64,000 bases of DNA, from assembly GCA_965261485.1 (NCBI GenBank), contig CBDHCY010000005.1:1359616-1423615 (forward strand), given 5' to 3'. The translations under genes and the position numbers were made by a program. The DNA comes from Leptospiria bacterium (GTDB taxonomy: Bacteria; Spirochaetota; Leptospiria; Turneriellales; CBDBES01). Of the stretch, positions 31,144-38,149 are shown piece by piece; the stretch's first letter is position 1, and every line of letters begins with the position of its first letter. Below the pieces are notes generated by a model. That model searched no databases, was not told where the DNA came from, and saw only the letters and a list, made by a program, of their open reading frames with translations.

Positions 31144-32169
31144 CTATGGTCGTAAACGCTCAATCTCTTCTACAGAAAGGCCGGTGCTTCTTGAGATCAT
31201 GTTAATAGAGATACCCTCTGTCAATAGACTTTGAGCTACCTCAGCCTTGCCCTTAGTCATGCCCTCAGCCTTACCCTTAGTCATGCCCTCGATTATGCCT
31301 TCAGCTCTACCCTTAGTCATGCCTTCAGCTCTGCCCTTAGTTATGCCCTCAGCTCTGCCCTTAGTCATGCCTTCAGCTCTGCCCTTAGTTATTAGTTTTC
31401 TTGCAATGCTTTCCACATCCCCTCCTGCATTTGGTGAGATGTATTCCACCGCACTCTTTACAATAAAATCAATAGTAAACTCGCCAGTGCTAGTAATAAT
31501 ATAGTTCAATAAAACATCAAGCATTTTCTTATTCTCTTGAGAGATTCGTGCATAATAATCTTTGAAAAGATCTTCTAAGCGTGACCTGCTCGATAAAAAC
31601 CAAATATCCTGTAGACTTTTTAAAAATGCCTGTACCGCCACAGAGAAATCGGTAAACTCTGTTTTATCTGAACGAAGATCAAGTAATTCATAGTGAAAGT
31701 CTGGTATGTATTTTTGTAAAGCTTTTCTCAGATGCTCAGGAATCATCAAAGAACTGCTAAAAAGCGTAGGAATATCCCACTCTTTTTTTCCGTGATAAAG
31801 CACTAAAGGAATCACGGGCATTTTGCTTGTTTTGTAAATTCCAGCTAAATACATGAGAAGTTGTGAATGAATATTTTTTTCTTTATACGATTTATGTTCT
31901 ATCAGACAAAAAACGCCCAGCCTTTTTGATTCCGAAGATTCCGAATGTTCTGAATCTGATTGCTTTTTGATAGGTATGCTGTAGAGAATATCAGTGAATC
32001 GTTCTTGATCTGTTGCATCAATAAAGTTGCCTTTCTCTATTTTTAACTTTGTAAAGTCTAGCTCTGATGTGATCTCTTTAGGTAGAGCATTTTTAAGAAA
32101 ATCTACCGCGTAAGTTTTTTGTGATAAAACTTGTTTGGTTATGATGTCGTGTTGGTTTAGCTTTGCCAT
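31144..32169 (-). CDS. Rpn family recombination-promoting nuclease / putative transposase (YhgA-like, PD-(D/E)XK), copy A
   Basis: 341 aa. The N-terminus (NQHDIITKQVLSQKTYAVDFLKNALP) and the nuclease core (FTDILYS ... CLIEHKSY) fit the family. C-terminal TKGRAEG(M/I) octapeptide repeats are followed by a GLSVEEIERL tail. Confidence 0.8.
   Translation of the reverse strand: MAKLNQHDIITKQVLSQKTYAVDFLKNALPKEITSELDFTKLKIEKGNFIDATDQERFTDILYSIPIKKQSDSEHSESSESKRLGVFCLIEHKSYKEKNIHSQLLMYLAGIYKTSKMPVIPLVLYHGKKEWDIPTLFSSSLMIPEHLRKALQKYIPDFHYELLDLRSDKTEFTDFSVAVQAFLKSLQDIWFLSSRSRLEDLFKDYYARISQENKKMLDVLLNYIITSTGEFTIDFIVKSAVEYISPNAGGDVESIARKLITKGRAEGMTKGRAEGITKGRAEGMTKGRAEGIIEGMTKGKAEGMTKGKAEVAQSLLTEGISINMISRSTGLSVEEIERLRP
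31241..31392 (-). repeat. 24 bp coding tandem repeat in rpn-like gene A
   Basis: Six units of TCAGC(C/T)(T/C)T(G/A)CCCTTAGT(C/T)ATGCC(C/T) plus a 12 bp half unit, encoding (I/M)TKG(R/K)AEG. Confidence 0.85.
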
Positions 32170-32289
32170 GAGATGTTCATCTTATAATTGATAGACAAAG
32201 CAGAAATCATTAAAACCATTAAAAACTATTTTTGAAAGCGTCAATGAGGACCCAAGCTCTAAAGTTTGGGCAGGGCAGAATATTACTTA

Positions 32290-32640
32290 CTCCGCCCGGC
32301 GAGTAGACTCGCCACTCGTAACGGCGGTCGCCAGTCTCCGCCCAGCGAGTGCATCACTCGCGACTAGCGGTCACTCTTCGCCTAGCGAGCAAAGCATCAC
32401 TAGCGACTGTCGATCGGATACCCTCCGCCCGGCGAGCGAAGCGCCACTGGTGATCGGCACCCTCGCCTAGCGAGCAAAGCATCACTCGCGATTATCGGTC
32501 GCCACTCTTCGCACAACAAAGCATCACTCGCGATTATCGATCGCCACTCTTCGCCCAGAGAGCGAAGCATCACTCGCGATTATCGATCGCCACTCTCCGC
32601 CCAGCGAGCGAATCGCCACTCGCGATTGACGGTCGAGCTA
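32290..32640. repeat. Non-coding GC-rich degenerate tandem array, eight units of 38-47 bp
   Basis: Units start at 32290, 32336, 32376, 32423, 32461, 32507, 32549 and 32595. The consensus is CT(T/C)CGCCCAG(C/A)GAGCGAAGCATCACTCGCGATTATCGATCGCCACT. Unit 32549-32594 has 26/46 G+C in a ~30% GC genome. Units carry TCGCGA and CGATCG/ATCGAT palindromes and a CTTCGC-N7-GCGAAG hairpin. No ORF of 60 aa or more lies here. Confidence 0.9.
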
Positions 32641-32838
32641 TCGTTGCCCTTTGATCAGATCGCCGTATGATGCACATACACCGTCTGTTATTGAGCCGAC
32701 ACATCTTTTGATCGCAGGCAATTGCATATTGGTGCCTAGGTCCCAAGCTTTTGTGTTGTCAGTGCCACCACTCGGCAAACCATCAGGATGCGTGCCAGTT
32801 ATAGCTTGTAGCTGGGCTAGCGTAAGACCCCGTCGCAC
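32638..32838 (-). pseudogene. Out-of-frame C-terminal segment of the GLUG lipoprotein cassette gene
   Basis: It encodes LTLAQLQAITGTHPDGLPSGGTDNTKAWDLGTNMQLPAIKRC. The 1810 aa paralog has the matching terminal module (...GDAWDLATENQLPTLRRC). It overlaps the 604 aa ORF in another frame. Confidence 0.7.
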
Positions 32839-34564
32839 CTGCTACGTCCACCATAGCACCATTTGAAGCTGCAATGTTACCATTTCCGAGCATTTTTTTA
32901 ACGCCATTCGCACTTTGAGGTGCGTCGATATTCCAATAACTGTTTGTGATTGTCAAAGTACGAGCAACAGAAACAGAAGAAAAAGAACCCATCAGACCAC
33001 CTGAAAAAGAAGTACCAGCAGAAGCAGAAGAAATCTTACCAGAACCACTAGAATAACTATTCACTATCGTCAAAGAATCAGAATTAGAAGGAGAATTAGA
33101 TTCAGAAGCACCTATCAGACCGCCTGAATAAGAAGAGGAAGCAGAAGAGGAAATAGTAGCAGAAGAAGAAGAAATCTCACCAGAACCACTAAAATAACTA
33201 TTCACTATCATCAAAGAACCAACAGAATTACCCACCAGACCGCCTGAATAAACACGAGAAGAACCAGAAGAAGAAGAAACCCCACCAGAACCACTAAAAT
33301 AACTATTCACTATCATCAAAGAACCACCAGAATCACCCACCAGACCGCCTGAAAAAACACTAGAAGGAGAACCAGAGGAAGCAGAAACCCCACCAGAACC
33401 ACTAAAATAACTATTCACTATCATCAAAGAACCAACAGAAGTACCCACCAGACTGCCTGAATAAGGATTAATAGAAGAAGAATGAACCGATCCAGAGATT
33501 ACGCCTACATTGCGAATCTCAACAGTTCCAGCTATCACACCAAATAAACCTACACGATTAAAAGAACCATTCACCCAGAGGTTCGCTATGGTATGGTTGT
33601 TACCCTCAAAAATACCGGTGAATCGACTTTCATCATTAACCGTCAAATCATCGCCAATCGGCATCCAGCTTGTGTCTTTGCCCGTGCCTGTATCAATTAC
33701 CGTCACCTGCTTATCAAAGCCATCAGTCATGCTATTATCCGTCGTATCGCCATCGGCATTTGTATCAATGCCAATCATTATCGTATCAATCATCCCATTC
33801 GCTTTACCTGCATCTCCACCACCTGTATCAAGAAAATTCAAAAGATCAATATCTACTGCTAATTCATAACCGTTGCAACCAGTCGATGGGCAACCACTCG
33901 AGTCACCAACCCCACCATCCGAGGTCTTATAACTTGCACCCGCTAGATCGTGTCGCATATTATCGAGCATTGTAGCGGTATATATCTCAATCAAACCATC
34001 ACGATCAAGATCAGCAGTCGCAGTGCTCCTCACTCTCACATCAACGGTGTGACCATCTTGAAATGTTACAATATTAGGGTCGCTATCTATATTCGATATG
34101 ATCGTATGATTGATCAACCCAGTGATATCCGCCGAAATCTTATTAAATACACCATTTGCATCTGCTTTCCCTTTAACTATGATTGTTTGGGCGGCTTTTC
34201 CCGTGGTCTTCGTGAAGTTCACAACAGCAGGGCTTATCTGCAAGGCGTCGTTATCACTTGTAAGTGTAACTCGCACTGCTTTAACTAATGCCGAATCTTC
34301 ACTTAACGAGATTGTATACTCAACACCTGTGCCGCCCAGTATGTCATAAAAAGCAAGTGCATTCTCAGAGAGAATAACCTTGCCAATAACAGATTTATCT
34401 GGATTGTTCGGATTATTCGGGTTATCTGGATTATCTGGGTTGCCCATCTTCGATGAATCATCAGAACACTCAAATAATAAAAGACTAGTGACCACAGCCA
34501 TCAAGCCACCTTTGATCACGCGAGCCACATAAAGTCTCATCCAATATTTCATATTTTCACACAT
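32783..34564 (-). CDS. GLUG-repeat surface lipoprotein, short cassette paralog, frameshifted near the 3' end
   Basis: GAGGAGG lies 6 nt before ATG 34564, whereas the track start is 34597. The signal peptide has lipobox LLLFEC, followed by an NPD/NPN linker and a Calx-beta-like module. Next come DLDRDGLIEIYTATMLDNMRHDL, a Ca-binding D-rich module, NLWVN and five clean GLUG repeats (SGGLVG...LMIVNSYFSGSG). Confidence 0.8.
   Translation of the reverse strand: MCENMKYWMRLYVARVIKGGLMAVVTSLLLFECSDDSSKMGNPDNPDNPNNPNNPDKSVIGKVILSENALAFYDILGGTGVEYTISLSEDSALVKAVRVTLTSDNDALQISPAVVNFTKTTGKAAQTIIVKGKADANGVFNKISADITGLINHTIISNIDSDPNIVTFQDGHTVDVRVRSTATADLDRDGLIEIYTATMLDNMRHDLAGASYKTSDGGVGDSSGCPSTGCNGYELAVDIDLLNFLDTGGGDAGKANGMIDTIMIGIDTNADGDTTDNSMTDGFDKQVTVIDTGTGKDTSWMPIGDDLTVNDESRFTGIFEGNNHTIANLWVNGSFNRVGLFGVIAGTVEIRNVGVISGSVHSSSINPYSGSLVGTSVGSLMIVNSYFSGSGGVSASSGSPSSVFSGGLVGDSGGSLMIVNSYFSGSGGVSSSSGSSRVYSGGLVGNSVGSLMIVNSYFSGSGEISSSSATISSSASSSYSGGLIGASESNSPSNSDSLTIVNSYSSGSGKISSASAGTSFSGGLMGSFSSVSVARTLTITNSYWNIDAPQSANGVKKMLGNGNIAASNGAMVDVAGATGSYASPATSYNWHAS
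32932..33465 (-). repeat. Near-identical 105-108 bp coding tandem repeats (GLUG units)
   Basis: The plus-strand string CCAGAACCACTAAAATAACTATTCACTATCATCAAAGAACC recurs three times almost exactly. The protein units are SGGLVG(D/N)S(G/V)GSLMIVNSYFSGSGG(V/I)S... Confidence 0.85.
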
Positions 34565-34907
34565 AAAACGCCTCCTCAGACATTGACCGCATTTCATTAT
34601 GCCGATCTTGCAAATAAATTAAGTTAGAATCGCCTTCAAGTTTGATGGGTGCTCCAACACCACGAAAAAAATAAAATAAAAGGCCGAGGACCTCAGCAAA
34701 AGCCACAGCTTTTGCTGAAATAACATGCATAATGATCGTTAGGGCTAACGCCCCACTTGCAAAATTTTTGAGAGAAATGCCGCGAAGGCACGACCTATTT
34801 TTTTTAGAGAATAAACTAAGACCTAAGTCTAGTGTCTGTAGTTCTGTAGTTCTGTAGTTCTGTAGTTCTGTAGTTCTGTAGTTCTGTAGTTCTGTAGTTC
34901 TGTTCAT
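34557..34907 (-). CDS. Leader ORF containing the 8 bp repeat tract, with its stop overlapping the GLUG lipoprotein start (coding status uncertain)
   Basis: 116 aa ORF. ATG 34907 is followed 5 nt later by the (ACTACAGA) tract. Its TGA stop sits within ATGTGTGA at the downstream start. The Shine-Dalgarno sequence is weak (GGAAAG abuts the ATG). Confidence 0.3.
   Translation of the reverse strand: MNRTTELQNYRTTELQNYRTTELQTLDLGLSLFSKKNRSCLRGISLKNFASGALALTIIMHVISAKAVAFAEVLGLLFYFFRGVGAPIKLEGDSNLIYLQDRHNEMRSMSEEAFYV
34835..34903 (-). repeat. Octanucleotide tandem repeat, eight full copies plus a partial copy
   Basis: The plus strand reads TCTGTAGT x8 at 34835-34898, then TCTGT. On the minus strand the unit is ACTACAGA. 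Unit length is not a multiple of 3. Confidence 0.95.
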
Positions 34908-35068
34908 CTTTCCAAGCCCCGCACAGAGCAGATATTAGTCAACAATGCCTGCACATGTTGTCAACATTTTTTATCTTTTTTGATGTCGCAACTTTGCACA
35001 TGACGTGTAAAAAGGGCGGGTAAAAAAAGAGACTATTTTCTGCTAATCACAAACGATGCCAGATCCGC

Positions 35069-36094
35069 CTATGGTCGTAAGTGCTCAATCTCTTCTACAG
35101 AAAGGCCGGTGCTTCTTGAGATTATTTTAATAGAGAAACCCTCTTTCAAGAGACTTTGAGCTACTTCAGCTCTGCCCTTAGTCATGCCCTCGGTTATGCC
35201 CTTAGTCATGCCCTCGGTTATGCCTTCAGCCTTACCCTTAGTCATGCCCTTAGTCATGCCCTCAGTCATGCCCTCGATTATGCCTTCAGCTCTGCCCTCA
35301 GCTATTAGCTCGTCTGCAATGGATCTCATATCTCCTCCTGCCTTTGGTGAAATGTATTGCCCAGCACTTTTTACAATAAAATTAATAGTAAGCTTACCAG
35401 TGCTAGTAATAATATAGTTAAATAAATCATCAAGCATTTTCTTATTCTTTTGATAAATTCGTGCAAAATAATCTCTGAAAAGATCTTCTAGGCGTGACTT
35501 GTTCGATAAAAACCAAATATCCTGTAGACTTTTTAAAAATGCCTGTACCGCTACAGAGAAATTGGTGAACTCTGTTTTATCTGAGCGAAGATCAAGTAGC
35601 TCATAGTGAAAGTCTGGTATATATTTTTGTAAAGATTTTCTCAGATGCTCAGGAATCATCAAAGAACTACTGAAGAGCGTAGGAATATCCCACTCTTTTT
35701 TTCCATGATAAAGCACTAAAGGAATCACGGGCATTTTGCTCGTTTTGTAAATTCCAGCCAAATACATGAGAAGTTGTGAATGAATATCTTTTTCTTTATA
35801 CGATTTATGTTCTATCAGACAAAAAACGCCGAGCCTTTTTGATTCCGAAGATTCCGAATGTTCTGAATGTTCTGAATCTGATTGCTTTTTTGTTGTAGGT
35901 ACGCTGTAGAGAATATCAGTGAATCGTTCTTGATCTGTTGCATCAATAAAGCACCCTTTCTCTATTTGTAATTTTGTAAAGTCTAGCTCTGATGTGATTT
36001 CTTTAGGCAGAGCATTTTTAAGAAAATCCACCGCATAAGTTTTTTGTGATAAAACTTGTTTGGTTATAATGTCGTGTTGGTTTAGCTTTGCCAT
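35069..36094 (-). CDS. Rpn family recombination-promoting nuclease / putative transposase (YhgA-like), copy B
   Basis: 341 aa and near-identical to copy A outside the acidic SDSEHSE insert and the C-terminal (M/I)T(K/E)G repeat block. Confidence 0.8.
   Translation of the reverse strand: MAKLNQHDIITKQVLSQKTYAVDFLKNALPKEITSELDFTKLQIEKGCFIDATDQERFTDILYSVPTTKKQSDSEHSEHSESSESKRLGVFCLIEHKSYKEKDIHSQLLMYLAGIYKTSKMPVIPLVLYHGKKEWDIPTLFSSSLMIPEHLRKSLQKYIPDFHYELLDLRSDKTEFTNFSVAVQAFLKSLQDIWFLSNKSRLEDLFRDYFARIYQKNKKMLDDLFNYIITSTGKLTINFIVKSAGQYISPKAGGDMRSIADELIAEGRAEGIIEGMTEGMTKGMTKGKAEGITEGMTKGITEGMTKGRAEVAQSLLKEGFSIKIISRSTGLSVEEIEHLRP
35166..35305 (-). repeat. 12/24 bp coding tandem repeat in rpn-like gene B
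   Basis: CTTAGTCATGCC-type 12 bp subunits encode MTKG/MTEG/ITEG. Their order and number differ from copy A. Confidence 0.8.
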
Positions 36095-36292
36095 GAGATG
36101 TTCATCTTATAATTGATAGACAAAGCAGAAATCATTAAAAATTACTTTTGAAAATAAGAATTACATACTTTATAAATATGAAAATATATCAACTATCTCA
36201 AAACTATTATAAAAAAATAGTACATCTGAAAAGTATACTTCAAGAGTACAAAATATGATTTACACGGGAAGTTAGCTTCTTATTTATCCATC

Positions 36293-37081
36293 ATGAGCTT
36301 AAATGGTAAACAGAAGACGGAGATAGCTAGCTTACAAAAGATAATTAGACAATATCAAGGTGTTGCCCGTACTTCAAAAAGTTCAGAGATACTATATCGT
36401 ACCAAAATTGATTTAAAAAAAGCAAAAGACCGCCTTCAATTTCTATGCCCTGCAGGCATTCCTACTGAACTTATTCAGTCATATGAAGAAAACTTACAAA
36501 AAGCTACCTTAGAAAATACTATCAAAAATTATTCCATGTTGTCTCATTTTCCAATTTTAAAAATATCTCCCCATTGTGAAAATGATGATATTAATTTTTT
36601 ATCAACAATCATTCAAACATGGGATAATTGTTTATCTCCAGCAATATCTGACCAATATATCATACTTGATTTCTCGATTTCACCAGAAAGAGACGTATTT
36701 CATCGTCAAGTTGAAAATATAAAGTGGCAAATGAAAACTTTAATCGACACAATTGAAGATTATCACTCAGCGACTCAACAAAACTCTAAAATTCAGTTGC
36801 TAGAGATTAAAACACGTCAATCAAGAAATTTTTTGCATATAGGTTCAATTTTTATTAAAGAGTTAATAAATTTTTGGTCAAAGGTATATAAAGATATTTT
36901 AAAAAAAGGTCATTTATGTATAAACCTTAATGAGAAGGTTACTTTTGAAAAAAAATTAAATATTTTTATATCGTTAAATAATCAAAAAATTATTGACATT
37001 TTGAAAATGTTAATAACCTATCTCGAAGAGGCTTTGGAAGTGTTAAATCCACCTAATATAGAAAAATATGATTCAAATTAA
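36293..37081 (+). CDS. Hypothetical protein, first gene of a plus-strand operon
   Basis: 262 aa ORF with a 14 nt overlap with the following ABC ATPase gene. I recognise no motif. Confidence 0.4.
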   Translation: MSLNGKQKTEIASLQKIIRQYQGVARTSKSSEILYRTKIDLKKAKDRLQFLCPAGIPTELIQSYEENLQKATLENTIKNYSMLSHFPILKISPHCENDDINFLSTIIQTWDNCLSPAISDQYIILDFSISPERDVFHRQVENIKWQMKTLIDTIEDYHSATQQNSKIQLLEIKTRQSRNFLHIGSIFIKELINFWSKVYKDILKKGHLCINLNEKVTFEKKLNIFISLNNQKIIDILKMLITYLEEALEVLNPPNIEKYDSN

Positions 37082-37775
37082 AAATTTAACTAAACGATAT
37101 AGCAATCTATTAGCTGTTGATAACCTTACTTTTCAAGTTAATAAAAATGAGGTTGTCGCTCTGCTCGGATTAAATGCTGCTGGAAAAACAACAACATTGA
37201 GAATGCTCACTGGATTTTTAAATCCAACAAAAGGGTCCATTAAAATAAATAAGTTTGAACTGCTACACCAACCAATGGAACTTAAAAAACAATTTGGCTA
37301 TCTACCTGAAACTCCAGCTCTTTACCCAGATATGCGAGTTAGGGATTTTTTGCAATATATGTACCGCATTCGTCTCTATTCAAAAAATAATGAAAATCAA
37401 GCGATTAAAAATGCTCTTCAAAAAACAAATATTATGGACCGTGCTTCTGATTATATTGGAAACCTTTCAGCTGGTTATCGAAAAAGAGTCGGAATGGCAC
37501 AGGCACTTGTTCATGATCCCCCTGTTCTAATTTTAGATGAACCAATCTCGGAGTTAGATCCCCTCCAAATTATTGATATGAGAAATCTAATACTTACCCT
37601 AAAACAAGACCACACTATATTAATATCGAGTCATATTCTTAGTGAAGTTTCAAAAACTGCTGATCGATTTTTATTTATTAAAAAAGGTAAATTTATATGT
37701 GAAGAAACCAATACCTCTCTTAAAGATAAGAATATTTCTCTAGAAGATTCGTTTATTAAGATCAATCAAAAGTAG
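37068..37775 (+). CDS. ABC transporter ATP-binding protein (ABC-2/GldA-like)
   Basis: 235 aa with Walker A GLNAAGKTT, signature LSAGYRKR and Walker B VLILDEP. GYLPETPALYPDMRV resembles GldA-type ATPases. Confidence 0.85.
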   Translation: MIQIKNLTKRYSNLLAVDNLTFQVNKNEVVALLGLNAAGKTTTLRMLTGFLNPTKGSIKINKFELLHQPMELKKQFGYLPETPALYPDMRVRDFLQYMYRIRLYSKNNENQAIKNALQKTNIMDRASDYIGNLSAGYRKRVGMAQALVHDPPVLILDEPISELDPLQIIDMRNLILTLKQDHTILISSHILSEVSKTADRFLFIKKGKFICEETNTSLKDKNISLEDSFIKINQK

Positions 37776-37777
37776 TA

Positions 37778-38149
37778 TTGAATTCTAATTTTTTTTTTAT
37801 TTTACTGGTCCTTTTTGGGCAAATATTTTTGTTTTCATGCAAAAATAAACAAAAATTTATTTTTACAAAAGTTCAAGATGCTATTCGAAATGAATTTTGG
37901 ATTGATAATAACACACTACAGCTCATTGTTCCAGGAAAAAGAATTACTCAAAAAATACCTATATCTAAAAAAAGAAAAATGAGTTGTAAAGATGCAATGA
38001 AAAAAATTAAAAAATATTTCAAAAAAAAATATTCAAATATAAATATGAATAATATTACTACTGAAATACGTTATAACCTCTATACAGAAGATGGTACATG
38101 CAAACTAGTTGTTTGGTACACTAAAAGTAATTTGAAAAATAGAATATGA
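37778..38149 (+). CDS. Hypothetical small lipoprotein
   Basis: 123 aa with a TTG start and a signal peptide with lipobox LFSC. It overlaps the kdsA start by 4 nt (ATGA). Confidence 0.45.
   Translation: MNSNFFFILLVLFGQIFLFSCKNKQKFIFTKVQDAIRNEFWIDNNTLQLIVPGKRITQKIPISKKRKMSCKDAMKKIKKYFKKKYSNINMNNITTEIRYNLYTEDGTCKLVVWYTKSNLKNRI

Larger units (their letters stand above)
31059..32237 (-). repeat. Direct repeat copy A (~1.18 kb, carries rpn-like gene A)
   Basis: It aligns by eye with 34983-36153 from ATGTCGCAACTTTGCACATGACGTGT... to ...CAGAAATCATTAAAA(..)TTTTGAAA. Most differences fall in the internal 24 bp repeat block. Confidence 0.85.
31059..36153 (-). mobile_element. Candidate composite or excisable island: two Rpn-like genes on direct repeats flanking a GLUG lipoprotein cassette
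   Basis: Direct repeats at 31059-32237 and 34983-36153 bracket 2.7 kb of visibly higher-GC DNA. I found no terminal inverted repeats or target-site duplication. Confidence 0.4.
34983..36153 (-). repeat. Direct repeat copy B (~1.17 kb, carries rpn-like gene B)
   Basis: See copy A. It has the same orientation, offset by 3924 bp at the left boundary. Confidence 0.85.

Noticed and set aside
31247-31504. Plus-strand ORFs 31247-31504 and 35184-35417 (MPLVMPSALPLVMPS...)
   Set aside because: They are antisense shadows of the 24 bp coding repeats inside the rpn-like genes. They are low-complexity, and the opposite strand has a clear family match.
32290-32640. Possible CRISPR array
   Set aside because: The units are contiguous degenerate tandem copies with no unique spacers between them. 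Unit length varies from 38 to 47 bp, and there are no cas genes in the window.
33510-34349. Multiple plus-strand ORFs (33510-33869, 33593-33862, 33670-33975, 33950-34288, 34110-34349)
   Set aside because: All lie antisense to the GLUG cassette gene, overlap one another in different frames and show no motifs. They are typical shadow ORFs in a relatively GC-richer, stop-poor region.
34936-34964. TTGACA hexamer upstream of the leader ORF as the cassette promoter
   Set aside because: The best -10-like element (TAATAT) is 21 nt away, and the hexamer at 17 nt (TGACTA) is poor. There is no convincing sigma70 geometry.
31059-36153. Classical IS/composite transposon, DGR or invertase shufflon as the explanation of the island
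   Set aside because: I found no terminal inverted repeats or target-site duplications at the repeat boundaries. There is no DDE/serine/tyrosine recombinase or reverse transcriptase ORF, and no template/variable repeat pair. Only the Rpn-like PD-(D/E)XK genes are present, so mobility remains a hypothesis rather than a call.
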